Assembly: GCA_964016885.1 (NCBI GenBank)
Contig: OZ024740.1
Location: forward strand, 202,554,001-202,618,000
Source: Eledone cirrhosa
Lineage: Eukaryota
Length of the DNA: 64,000 bases
Reading direction: 5' to 3'
A model generated the notes under the pieces. It had not been told where the DNA came from. It did no database searches and worked only from the letters and a program-made list of their open reading frames with translations. How positions within the stretch are numbered: the stretch's first letter is position 1; every line of letters starts with the position of its first letter. Position numbers and translations under genes: made by a program. Positions 13,076-26,805 of the stretch are shown in pieces.

Positions 13076-13842
13076 TTTTCCCTCAAAATGAAAGGCAGAC
13101 TGTATGATGCGTGTATACGAACAGCAATGTTACATGGTAGTGAGACCTGGGCGCTGTCTGTGGAAGACTTGTGTAGATTAAGAAAGAAACGAAGCCTGCA
13201 TGCTCCAATGGATGTGAAATAGTAATATACATGAACGGCAAAGCATAAATGAATTGAGAGAGAGACTGAGCATAAGAGGAATCAAATGCTGTGTGCAGGA
13301 GAGGCGGTTGTGTTGGTATGGACATGTGATGCGTATGAAGGATGACAGCTGCATAAAAAGGTGCAAAGCACTAGAAGTCGATGGAAACCGCGGAGTGGGG
13401 AGACTCAAGAAGATCTGGGATGAGGTGATAAAAGCTGACCGTACCCAATTACACCTCTCAAAGGCGATGACACATGACTGTGACCTCTGACGTCACGCAG
13501 TAATACAGAAGACCTGACCCCCCACGGGTACAAGCCGAAGCTGAAACATATAGACAATATGCCCCCACACCCTCCCACTGCAAAGTGGTCATGGAGGTGC
13601 CACGGCAAAAAAGCACCCAGCCCACACTGTAAAGTGGCCGTGTAGGCCCCACTGAAAAAAAGCACCTAGCACTCACTGTAAATGAGGTTGGTGTTAGGAA
13701 GGGCATCCAGCTGTAGAAATCAAGCCAGAATCAGTTCCCGTATGAACAAGATAAGGTCAGCCAACCGGACACTGCCCACAACAGGACAACCCGTCTAACC
13801 CATGTTAGCGTGGAAGAACGGACGTAAAACGGTGATGATGAT
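13076..13842 (+). mobile_element. 5'-truncated RTE LINE (second subfamily), degenerate ORF end, 3'UTR and (GAT)n tail
   Basis: FSLKMKGRLYDACIRTAMLHGSETW...ERRLCWYGHVMRMKDDSCIK with a frameshift and stop; ends ggacgtaaaacggtgatgatgatg. Confidence 0.9.
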
Positions 13843-16192
13843 GAAAGTGAGTTGTGAAATTGTTGTTGTTGTTACAGCCCAAACATAGGTAAGTTTAGCC
13901 AGCCTTACTGGAGGTTTCTTAGATATTTTAATTGATAATGACTCCAGTCCTGTCATGTCACTAATTTTCTGGTGACAGGTGGCAGAATTAGTTGTCTGGA
14001 GACAATAAAGTGTCTTGCTCAAGGACACAACACATCACCCAGTCTGAGAATCGAACTCACAACCTCCCGATTGCAAGCCCAATGCTCTAACCACTAAGCC
14101 ATACATTGTGAAATTATTTTGAAATGTTCTCTTTAACCCTTGATACCAAACTCTCTGAAACTATCCTCGTTTTATGACACAAAGCCATTTATTTTAAATT
14201 GTTCATATATAAATGTTTATGTAAGAATATTTTAAACTAGGTTTTACTGAATCCCTCCAAATTCTTGTTGATTATTTTCATAATTAATTGAAAATCTTAG
14301 GCAATGTCTTTCATTAGAAATATGTTAACAAAATGGCTGAATGTGTGAAGAATGTTTCAGTATATAAAATAATCTATATTTTGGCATTCAAGAGAGCCAC
14401 CATCTTTTTGAAAGATGTTATCTTATAAAATATTTAAATGATATTGTTTGTTTACAGTTAGAAGTATATTGAAAGTAATCAGAATATGTTTTGTTTTGTT
14501 ATTTGATAATTAAATATATTTTATTTGCATCTCTTGTTACTGTGTCTTCAGTTAGAAATGAATTGCACAACTCCATACTTTCCTACAATGTAGTCTATAA
14601 TCAGCTCTCATTCAATTTGTTATAAGAATTTCAAATACCATTGCATTTCTATTCTTTTTGTTTTGTTTTTGTTGTTGTCTTTTTAGTTAGAGCTATATTC
14701 TGAAGCTGACTGGGAAAATATTTGTAGAATAGTTATAGCAAAAAATGAGAGGTTGATGATGAAATATATATTCTTTTAACTCTTAACATCCTGTACCACA
14801 TAAAACCTCATTAGCAAGACATTCTTTAAAAATACTCTGACTACATCACATTTTAAAGTGTTTAACTCTGTTTTACAAATTTTCACAAAGAATAGTAAAG
14901 ATTCTATAAACATTTGAATTAACAAACCCATTATTATATTTTTTTGCTAAATCATTATAGGATGTTAAAAGGTAATTTAACTTTTTTGATACCAAACTAC
15001 TTGAAACCACAATACTAAGCTGTTTATTTTAATATACTCATACATAACAACACCAATAGGCTGATCTTATCTACCACTATATAGCAGTGGTTTTCAAGCT
15101 TATTTTTTTTCCCAAATCTCAGACCTATATTTTATAAATAATCTTAATTACCCTTTTGATACCAAACCACATGAAACTGCCCCTGGTTCTATGATACAAA
15201 GCTGTTTATTTTAAAGTATTTTATTTATCTAAAAACTTTCCATCAAGTAAGAACCTTTATTAAGTTATGTTCCAAATACCAGCTCAATAATAAGAAAGTT
15301 TAATTTACTAAATTCCTCCAAATTCTTGATTATTTCAAAAATTAATTTTAAATCATTGGCCATGTCTTTTATTAGAAATATGATGATACGTTTAAGATGT
15401 CATACTTAGTGAATTATTAGATTGTTGAATTCAACAGCTAATAATTCTTCCAGATTGTTCATAGTATCTCATATTAGAAGTATAGTAATAAAAGGGTTAA
15501 AGTTTATATTTATCTAAAAACCTTCTATCATAAGTTATGTTCCAAACACTAGTCTAACAGAGAAAAATTTAGGTTACCAAATCCCTCAAAATTCTTCATT
15601 ATCTTCAAAATGATTTAAATATCATATACATTGTATTTTCTTAGAACTATGGTCATGAACAGGTTAAAATGCTAATAATTTGTTTATTTATCTTAATGTA
15701 AAAAACTTTGGACAATGGAATCTCAGTGACCTTCAAAGTCTACCTCACTCCTCTAATCAAAGCAAACATTCTATAGAACTGTTTCCTGTTTATGTCAATA
15801 AAATAGTTTGGTTGTTTTTTTTTTACACCAATTCCCTCCATGTTTTTAAATAATATATAATACTTTGAAACCTATATTTCACATTTCTTGTTTTTTAGTC
15901 AAAAGCTATTCTCAATTATTTTGTTGGTGCAATTTAAAATATTAGTTATTAAAATGTAAACACACACACACATGTATGAGCAAGATGTGGTCTTCCAACT
16001 CATGTGGGAGGATAGTAACTTCAAATAAGAAGTGACCCCTCCCCCTACCTATGCCAGCATAAAAAGCAGACATGAAATAATTGTTTCTACTTTTGGCACA
16101 AGGCCAGCAATTATTCCAGTGTATTACTGGTACTTTATTTTATCGACCCGTTAAGGATGAAAGGCAAAGTTCATGAAATAATAATGTTGATT

Positions 16193-16234
<42 letters not shown>

Positions 16235-17629
16235 GTTGTTGCACGATCTAGCCTTTTAAAATGGTACTTTCAATTAAATTGGGCAAAACCATTTTGTTGG
16301 TTTGAGAGCTGATGAGGGTGAAGATGTGTGTGTGAACTTGTCTTGTGTATCACCTTTATTTATTTCATTCTTCCAGTCACTTCTGTGCACCAACACACTT
16401 CTCTTTGCCCTCCTCTTCTCTCAATCTTAAATAGATTGCTGAGGGAGGGGGTGAGAAACAATGGTGACCTTAAAGAGAGTGATGGCTGGAGGTACATTTT
16501 TGGACAGGGGAGTCCTTCTTTCCATGGTTGGCTGAACAAGGGGGAGTCAGGAATGGGAAGAGCAAGTGATAGGTCACAAGGGTAGTCTCATTGTTGATCT
16601 CCATGCTCCTGGTCTGTCTTTTTTTTCTTCTGTTTATCTACCCCACTCCTCTCCCCTCTCCCATTCCTTTCTCATTTTCCCTCTCCTCCTCTTCCCCCTC
16701 TCTAGCCCTCTCCTCTACCCTCTCTACCCCTTCTTTCTCTCTCTACTCTCTCCCTATCCCCCCTCACTTTCTACCCTCTCTCTCTATCCCCCCTCACTCT
16801 CTACCCCTTCTCGCTCCACCCTCACTCTATCCCCCTCACTCTCCACCCTCTCCCTACTCCCTCCCTCCACCAGTCCAATGTATATATCAGTGCAGTAATT
16901 ATGCTTCATTGTTGCACCTCGTGCCTAGCAGTTAAGAAAATAGCAGTTAGCTGTTTAGTCAAAGTGTACTGAATCATGTCTGTTGCCAATGGATGAATCT
17001 TTTCACTGGACAGTCGACATTGAACACAGATTATTCAATGGTGTAAATGTTGACTTAGATAAAATATATAATTCTGTGATAATCTCACACCTTCTTTGAA
17101 GACATCAACAAAAAAACAAACCAAAAAAACCCCCTCAAACTCTTGTAATATCAGAAATATATAAGATTATTTTCTTTCTATTAAGTGCTGAAATCTTAAG
17201 GTTCCTACTTGCAAACAACACTTGATATGCTTAATTCCCAGCCTACCTACTGCATTGTGAACACTTGAAGTATAAGTACACTGTCATTAAGCAAGCAAAA
17301 CCACCATACCACTTATAAAACTAACATTTTACATTGCTCACATACTGTATCCCTAGCCTTTTTTTTTATATTGTTTTGTATTTGTTAATGGAAGTCATTC
17401 CCAACAAGGCAGTAAGTAACCTGCAATACAGCTGGCCCCAAACAACCATTTAATTTGTTAGGAGTCATAAAAACAAAAATGAAAAAATCTAAGCTAAAAA
17501 GAAGAGAGTTCTATAGGACAGATGTTCAAGGAAAGCAACAACTAGAATAGAAACTTAGTAGAATCTTACAAGAGATAAGTATAGAACCACATCGAAATGT
17601 CCAGACAGTAGAAAGTTGAGTATACAAGC

Positions 17630-20138
17630 CACAATAAAATACATCCTGCAAACTGTGAAGTGGTAGTGCTGGTGCCATGGTAAAATACATCCAGCACACT
17701 CTGTAAAGTGGTAGTGCTGGTGCTACAATAAAATACATCTGACACACTCTGTAAAGTGGTAGTGCTGGTGTCACAATAAAATACATCCTGCACACTGTGT
17801 AAAGTGGTAGTGCTGGTGTCACAATAAAATACATCCTGCACACTGTGTAAAGTGGTAGTGCTGGTGTCACAATAAAATACACCCAACCCACACTGTAAAG
17901 TGGTAGTGCTGGTGTCACAATAAAATACATCCTGCACACTGTGTAAAGTGGTAGTGCTGGTGCCACGATAAAATACACCCAACCCACACTGTAAAGTGGT
18001 AGTGCTGGTGCCACAATAAAATACACCCAACCCACACTGTAAAGTGGTAGTGCTGGTGTCACAATAAAATACACCCAACCCACACTGTAAAGTGGTAGTG
18101 CTGGTGTCACAATAAAATACACCCAACCCACACTGTAAAGTGGTAGTGCTGGTGTCACAATAAAATACATCCTGCACACTGTGTAAAGTGGTAGTGCTGG
18201 TTCCACAATAAAATACACCCAACCCACACTGTGAAGTGGTAGTGCTGGTGTCACAATAAAATACATCCTGCACACTCTGTAAAGTGGTAGTGCTGGTGTC
18301 ACAATAAAATACATCATGCACATTGTGTAAAGTGGTAGTGCTGGTGTCACAATAAAATACATCCTGCACACTGTGTAAAGTGGTAGTGCTGGTGTCACAA
18401 TAAAATACATCCTGCACACTGTAAAGTGGTAGTGCTGGTGCCACAATAAAATACATCCTGCACACTCTGTAAAGTGGTAGTGCTGGTGTCACAATAAAAT
18501 ACATCCTGCACACTGTGTAAAGTGGTAGTGCTGGTGTCACAATAAAATACATCATGCACATTGTGTAAAGTGGTAGTGCTGGTGTCACAATAAAATACAT
18601 CCTGCACACTGTGTAAAGTGGTAGTGCTGGTGTCACAATAAAATACATCCTGCACACTGTGTAAAATGGTAGTGCTGGTGCCACAATAAAATACATCCTG
18701 CACACTGTGTAAAGTGGTAGTGCTGGTGTCACAATAAAATACATCCTGCACACTGTGTAAAGTGGTAGTGCTGGTGTCACAATGAAATACATCCTGCACA
18801 CTCTGTAAAGTGGTAGTGCTGGTGCCACAATAAAATACATCCTGCACACTCTTTAAAGTGGTAGTGCTGGTGTCACAATAAAATACATCCTGCACACTGT
18901 GTAAAGTGGTAGTGCTGGTGTCACAATAAAATACATCCTGCACACTCTGTAAAGTGGTAGTGCTGGTGTCACAATAAAATACATCCTGCACACTGTGTAA
19001 AATGGTAGTGCTGGTGCCACAATAAAATACATCCTGCACACTGTGTAAAGTGGTAGTGCTGGTGTCACAATAAAATACATCCTGCACACTGTGTAAAGTG
19101 GTAGTGCTGGTGCCACAATAAAATACATCCTGCACACTTTGTAAACTGGTAGTGCTGGTGCCACAATAAAATACACCCAACCCACTCTGTAAAGTGGTAG
19201 TGCTGGTGTCACAATAAAATACATCCTGCACACTCTGTAAAGTGGTAGTGCTGGTGCCACAATAAAATACATCCTGCACACTCTGTAAAGTGGTAGTGCT
19301 GGTTCCACAATAAAATACATCCTGCACACTGTGTAAAGTGGTAGTGCTGGTGTCACAATAAAATACATCCTGCACACTGTGTAAAGTGGTAGTGCTGGTG
19401 CCACAATAAAATACATCCTGCACACTGTGTAAAATGGTAGTGCTGGTGCCACAATAAAATACATCCTGCACACTGTGTAAAATGGTAGTGCTGGTGCCAC
19501 AATAAAATACATCCTGCACACTGTGTAAAGTGGTAGTGCTGGTGTCACAATAAAATACATCCTGCACACTGTGTAAAGTGGTAGTGCTGGTGCCACAATA
19601 AAATACATCCTGCACACTTTGTAAACTGGTAGTGCTGGTGCCACAATAAAATACACCCAACCCACTCTGTAAAGTGGTAGTGCTAGTGTCACAATAAAAT
19701 ACATCCTGCACACTCTGTAAAGTGGTAGTGCTGGTGCCACAATAAAATACATCCTGCACACTCTGTAAAGTGGTAGTGCTGGTTCCACAATAAAATACAT
19801 CCTGCACACTGTGTAAAGTGGTAGTGCTGGTGTCACAATAAAATACATCCTGCACACTGTGTAAAGTGGTAGTGCTGGTGCCACAATAAAATACATCCTG
19901 CACACTCTGTAAAGTGGTAGTGCTGGTGTCACAATAAAATACATCCTGCACACTGTGTAAAGTGGTAGTGCTGGTGTCACAATAAAATACATCCTGCACA
20001 CTCTGTAAAGTGGTAGTGTTGGTGTCACAATAAAATACATCCTGCACACTGTGTAAAATGGTAGTGCTGGTGTCACAATAAAATACATCCTGCACACTCT
20101 GTAAAGTGGTAGTGCTGGTGCCACAATAAAATACATCC
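17630..20138. repeat. 48 bp satellite (acaataaaatacatcctgcacactgtgtaaagtggtagtgctggtgtc), ~52 copies, with 46 bp variants and a 480 bp higher-order duplication
   Basis: 16-aa periodic ORFs; diagnostic variants recur at ~19131-19190 and ~19611-19670. Confidence 0.95.
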
Positions 20139-20325
20139 TTTGAAGAAAGATGAGTAATTTGATTAGCAATCTTTAGAGGGGTAAAAAGTGAAGAAAATCT
20201 GGCAGAACAACGGCCATAGAAATATTTAATAGAATAAAGATAAAAAAGCAATGTCCCAGTGATGATAGAGGGGCTAAGATGCCACATAGTAAGCAATGCT
20301 CCATCCCTTTGTTGCATTAACTTAA

Positions 20326-20558
20326 CCCCTCATTACCATATTTTTAATGAAAGACACTGCCTATGATTTTGAAATAATTTTGAAAAGAATTTGGAGGGAT
20401 GTAGTAATATAACTGTTTCATTATTAAGTTGGTGTTTAAAACATAATTTAACAAAGACTCTTACATAAAATTATGGTGGAAGGTTTTTAGATAAGTATAA
20501 ACACTTTAAAATAAGCATAGAACCAGGAGTGGTTTCAGGCAGTTTGGTATCAAAAGGG
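20326..20558. mobile_element. piggyBac-like MITE, family B (many degenerate copies: ~11570, 14135, 15150, 30275, 38860, 40755, 42500, 48345, 51465, 62400)
   Basis: TTAA|CCCCTCATTACCA ... TGGTATCAAAAGGG|TTAA; shared internal motifs such as taagttatgttccaaacaccagcttaataa. Confidence 0.72.
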
Positions 20559-21950
20559 TTAAACATGCCATAATCTTTACAGAATACTTTTTCTCAAACT
20601 AAACTGGGTTTTATCATTTGTCTTGTTCTACACCCCTTTCTTTACATATTGGCTTTTCTAGGATTTTATCTTAGATAAACTTTAATAAGAACTTTATCAT
20701 AAAGAATGCCCCTTTGTCAACATTTGCATTCCATTTTCTACCATCTTTCCTCTACTAGTTTACTATTTAGTTTTATGCCCTATCCAATACAGATGTATAT
20801 AATTTTTTCAAATCAGTCATAAAGAAGGACAGTGACCATGACCCTTCTCAGGAACTCTGAGAGCGAGGAAGGTATCCTCAAACCAAAGATTGTATCCCAA
20901 ATGCTAGCAACAGAGTGTACTCCACTAAAAGCAACTAAGTGCCAAGTGGTGTTAAAAGAGTAACCAAGTACAACAGTTTACCACTCGTATCATAAGACTA
21001 GCACACAAGTAAGTCATGGTGGTAATTGAGCTCAGAATCCAAAACAAATACTGCAAGATATCATATCCAGTGTTTTAATGATTCCACCAATCTACTGCTT
21101 TAAACTGATAATATGTGTGTGTTTACATTTGTTGTTTCTTTATGCCCCATACTTCAACAGTTCAACTAAAATCCATGATACCCTAGCATGGCCTGTAATC
21201 TAATAACTGAAAGAACTAAATACAGCAAGCCATTTAGTCAAACACTCTAACAATTGTATCAATGCACCACTCTTCCAGATATAATTTTAATGCTAATGAT
21301 AACAACATGGGTTGCTAACAGCTTCTAAGGAATCCTTATTACAGCCACCCTGCTGTTATTTCTGACAAGGGGTATTTATTTATTAATTGATATGATAATC
21401 AGATGTTAAATAGAATATAATTGTATGGATTGTTCATTGGAGTCTAAATTTTTCTCCATTTCATCATTGCACAACTTCCACATGTTTTAGATAATCTAAA
21501 TTGAATTGTTCACTGGAAAATGAAATAAATATATGCCTTCTGGACAATTCTCCAAGGGAAGATAAGACTTTGGAATAAAAAAATATTATTATTGTGCCAA
21601 GTTGAGTAGAAAGTGGTCTGAGTATATGATCATCCATACATAATATACAATATAATATTGTACTGTGTGTATAATTCGCTGTATATATGTTGGAACTTCA
21701 TCAGTTCTGATGATGAGTGTTCCAGTTGTTTGATAAAAAGAACAGCCTGCTTGTGAAATTATTGAGTGGAATGGAGCAACTTGAAATAAAGTGTCTTGCT
21801 CAAAATCTTGTGCTCACTGTATTATTTGTTTATGACTTGGTCATAGGAGATTAGTTGGTGAATTGACAGAGTTCAAATCCTGCTGAGGTCAACTTTGCCT
21901 TTCATCATTTTGAGGTCAATAAATAAAGTATCAATCCAATACTGGGGTTG

Positions 21951-21952
<2 letters not shown>

Positions 21953-22022
<70 letters not shown>
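21953..22022. repeat. (TC)n microsatellite
   Basis: Directly visible. Confidence 0.95.
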
Positions 22023-22024
<2 letters not shown>

Positions 22025-22399
22025 GAAGGAAGGAATCAGTTGAATTTAGACCTGAAGAAGGATGGGTTCTGCCAGGTTTAAAATACCCAAGGCATGATGT
22101 GTGTCAAGATTGTGCCTTAACGTCTGTCCCCATCAGAGTTAAGGGCCCTTTACTTTTTTTTACCTTTAGTCATAGTAGAAAAAGCAACACGTGCAACATT
22201 TTTCAGAACCAGTAGGATGAAACGAGGGGCTTTTCCTCAAACCCGTGACATTCCCTGACTGTATACAATAGATTGAAGTCTGCTAAAGGCAACCGAGTAT
22301 CAATTTAGTGTTGAAATAGGACACAACACACTGAGAGGAAATAAAATCATAACCTTACAATCACAAGCCAAATGCCCTAAACACTAAGTTGTGTTGGAC

Positions 22400-22715
22400 C
22401 TCCATTGGTTCTGATAATGAATTTTCCATTTGTTTAATAAATGGGACATCCTGCTCATTATATTAATGTGCAAGTGGCTGAGCATTCCACAGACATATTC
22501 TTCCTTAGTGTAGTTCTCAGAAAGATTTGGTGGGACACAGTTTGTGTAAAGTAAACTCTTTGAATCAGAGGTACAAGTCAATTTTGACTGCTGAGTGGAC
22601 TGGAGCAACATGAAATAAAGTGTCTTGCTCAAGAACACAATGCACTGCCGAAAATCAAAGTCACAACTTTATAATCATAAGCTGAACTCCCTAACCACTA
22701 AGCCATGTGGCTTCA
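22400..22715 (-). mobile_element. CORE-type tRNA-derived SINE
   Basis: Reverse complement gives tggcttagtggttaggg head, cttgagcaagacactttatttcatgttgctccagtccactcagc CORE and SINE body. Confidence 0.78.
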
Positions 22716-22817
22716 CAGTTGTGTACATAATTAGCTGTATATAGAATGCAACATACAATATAGTATTGTGCTGAGTGTATAATTGAAAGTATAAACAATG
22801 CAATATATAATATAATA

Positions 22818-23455
<638 letters not shown>

Positions 23456-23651
23456 ATATAATATCATGTTGTGTATATAATTAGCTATCTAAAGTATATT
23501 GTTACATTTATGGCTTTCAACCTGAAATGTTCAGCAGGCTGGATATTATTAATTTATGCCAAACATTACCCTCATAAATTCAGTTGGTTTTAGTTTATTT
23601 CATGTTGCTGATGGAGGTGTGGAGATTGCGGTGGAGATGGTGGTGGTAGCG

Positions 23652-23766
23652 GTGGTGGTGGACATGTGGAGATGGTGTTGGTGGTGGACATATGGAGATG
23701 GTGTTGGTGGTGGACATGTGGAGATGGTGTTGGTGGTGGACATGTGGAGATGGTTTTGGTGGTGGT
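23652..23766. repeat. 26 bp tandem repeat (gtggtggacatgtggagatggtgttg), ~4 copies
   Basis: Directly visible. Confidence 0.85.
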
Positions 23767-24000
23767 AGCAGCAACTGTTAACCACTTTTGTTTTTTTCTT
23801 TTACAAAATATCTTATAAATATTGATTGAAATGTTAATAGAAAACATCCAAATATGATTAATATTGGTTGTGATATACTATTTTATTATTGTTAAAGAAA
23901 GCATTATTGTTGCTATTAATATTGGTTGTGATATACTATTTTATTATTGTTGATGTTATTATTATTATTGGTTGTGATATACTATTTTATTATTGTTTTT

Positions 24001-24230
24001 ATCGGTAGAGGGTTAGACGCCATACTTTGCAGCATAGAGTTACCGCCCTTTACGGTCTGAGTTCAAATCACGCTGAGGTTAACTTTGCTTTTCATCTTAT
24101 GGGGTCAATAAACAAAAAGTACCAGTAAGCATTGGGGTCGATTTAATCAACTTTCCCCGCCCACAAATTTGCTGGCCCTGTGTTAAAATCAGAAACCATT
24201 ATTATCATTATTATTATTATTATTATTATT
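24001..24230 (+). mobile_element. Meta-type SINE with (ATT)n tail
   Basis: atcggtagagggt...gagttcaaatc...ttaactttgcttttcatc; tail attattatt. Confidence 0.8.
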
Positions 24231-24492
24231 TAGGACCTTTCAACCAGTTTGTTGAAAGGTGGGATGAGAGTGGTTAACATGACCCACATAAAAGAACCTG
24301 CAATAGTCTAAACAGAACATCAATAACATCAATCTCTTCAGTCTCAGAGAGTTTGTGAAAGCCATGACACTGCTCCCTTTTCCAAACCTACAAAATAAAA
24401 ATAAAAAAGTTCCAAGTCAACGCAATCAACAAGTCTTACAATCAAAATCATTCCAGTTATGCCTATCCCATGGGTAAGATGACACTATTTAA

Positions 24493-24708
24493 CACTTTAG
24501 CATTTACTTTATATCTACAATTATATTTCCATGGTAAAGTCTTCACCTCACATAATTATCTCACATAATATCAAATCTATGAGATGTTGATATTATTTAT
24601 TTTGAGAACAATACCTTAACATAACTATGATCGACCAGTTACAGCTGGTTTGAAGAGAAAGATGTGAGAGAATTCTGACAGGATATGGCTGATTGAAATG
24701 CTAAAGGG
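24493..24708. mobile_element. piggyBac-like MITE, family A
   Basis: TTAA|CACTTTAGCATT ... AATGCTAAAGGG|TTAA. Confidence 0.75.
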
Positions 24709-25266
24709 TTAATATAAATTTTTGATGTTTCTTATTATGGTATTGTTAACAACAGAGGAACTGTGGAACCTGTTGGGGAAATATTGCCTAGTGTTGGAAA
24801 ATATTAGTTCTAACTACAGGAACTGTAAACTGACTGAGAACTTTCACGTTTTACTGTTGTAAATGTAAACAAACCATTTAGAGGATTTGAAGAAAAAAAA
24901 GATGAGATTCAACAGAAAGATCAAAACATCTGTGGTGATCCATTTGTAAAATAAACAGGATTGTGGTGGAAATAACTACTTCAACACCACTTATTACTGA
25001 TGTGATGTGGGGGTGATGGTGATGTCAGTAACAGACCTTCATCACCATTATTGTCATTATCATGCTGGCCCATGTCACTACCACCATTATCATCAACACC
25101 ACCACCATTATCATTATTCTCACCTCTTTCATCATCATTACCACTACCACCACCACCATCATCACTATCTTTTTTATCCTCATTATCATCATAAACATCT
25201 CCATCACAACCACTACCACCATTACATCATCATAATAACCACCACCATCATCACATCATTATTGTA

Positions 25267-25449
25267 GGCAGTATCGGTAGAGTGTCAGACGCCATGCTTT
25301 GCAGCAAAGAGTTACGGCCCTTGCCATTCTGAGTTCAAATCCCACCGAGGTTAACTTTGCCTTTCATCCTTACGAGGGTCGATAAAATAAAGTACCGGTA
25401 ATGCACTGGGTAATTGCTGGCCTTGTGCCAAAAATAGAAACAATTATTA
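25267..25449 (+). mobile_element. Meta-type SINE (short young variant)
   Basis: B box gagttcaaatccc; gcctttcatccttacgagggtcgataaaataaagtacc; near-identical to copies at 30054, 33535, 48458, 49388 and 52686. Confidence 0.88.
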
Positions 25450-25675
25450 TAATCTCACTCACCACTATCATCATCCTCTCATCTCCACCATCATAACTAT
25501 CACCACCACCAACACCACCATCATCATCACCATAACTATCACCACCACCACCACAATCACTATCACCACCACCCCCATCATCATCATCACAACTATCACC
25601 ACCACAATCATTATCATCATGGACTTCCATAAATGAAACCTGTTAAACTATCAGAAAAATAGCTTTCGACTTTAA

Positions 25676-25883
25676 CCCTTTAGCATTTAAAATGGTTGTA
25701 TCTAGCCAGAATTCACCTCTTTCTGTTCAAACTGGCCATAATTGACCTCTCATACTGATGTTAAGGTATTGTTCTCAAAATAAATAACATCATCAAAAAC
25801 TCATAGATTTGATATTATGTGAGATAAAGTTCATGAAAATATATATACAATAGTATATATAGAGTAATGTAAATGTTAAAAAG
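25676..25883. mobile_element. piggyBac-like MITE, family A
   Basis: TTAA|CCCTTTAGCATT ... AATGTTAAAAAG|TTAA. Confidence 0.72.
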
Positions 25884-26039
25884 TTAACTGTTATTTTATG
25901 CTGTCTTGTGCTCAGCTCAAAATTAAATCAAGTGCATGATGGAAGAGCTATTTTAGCCATTCAAAAAATATATACACACAGATGGATGTTAAATTCACTT
26001 TGCATTTATCATTTACTTCTTGGTGTCAAGATTTTTATC

Positions 26040-26510
26040 ACACTATTCGGTTCTGTGTGAGTAAGACATGGTCATCTAACCTCGACTTGCTTAGTTGGTG
26101 GATGAGCAGAGTATCATCGCTCAGTTGGTGGTTGAGCAGAGTATTGCTCAGTTGGTGGTCAAGCAGAGTATCACTCGTTCAGTTAGTAGATGAGCAGAGT
26201 ATCACTCAGCTGGTGGATGAGCAGAGTATCACTCAGCTGTTGGATGAGCAGAGTATCACTCAGCTGGTGGATGAGCAGAGTATCACTCAGTTGGTGGATG
26301 AGCAGAGTATCGCTCAGTTGGTGGTTGAGCAGAGTATCATCACTCAGAGATTGGAAGACAAACAATGACTTGCAGAGACTGATGAGGATAGTGCCAGTGA
26401 TGGATGTTGTGAAGAGAAATGGAATGAGATGGCTGGATCATTTGTTAGGGAAGGATGAGAGTGACTGGGTGAGAGGAGTGATGGAAATGAATGTGAACCT
26501 AGAAAGATAG
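26040..26510 (+). pseudogene. Old RTE ORF2 C-terminal fragment containing an in-frame 27 bp tandem expansion (26090-26345)
   Basis: SKTW ... (LSWWMSRVS)n LRDWKTNNDLQRLMRIVPVMDVVKRNGMRWLDHLLGKDESDWVR resembles SETW...MLRWM.....RRLRWYGHV.R.D. Confidence 0.7.
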
Positions 26511-26805
26511 TTAAAAATGAATGAAGAGAAAATGAAAACCACAGAGCTGGTGATGTGGGATATTGACAATAGGGAAAAATGACACGGGGACATCAATGCT
26601 AATCCCTGCTTTAGCAGGGAAAATGGCACTAAAATGCTTGATCTTATGTTTGTTGTAACAATTCTTACTGAGAACTACCAAAAGTTAACTAACTGCTGTA
26701 AAATGCTAAGTATTTGGAATGTTAATAGATATACTAACAACTGTAAGTTGACATAAACATATAATTGAAACAGATGTATTTGTAGTAAATAGGTGTGGTG
26801 GTAGT

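Noticed and set aside
16434-16582. Possible exon after a pyrimidine tract (RLLREGVRNNGDLKESDGW...)
   Set aside because: Unrecognised peptide and weak donor site.
17526-20317. 306-640 aa ORFs on the minus strand
   Set aside because: Overlapping open frames of the 48 bp satellite.
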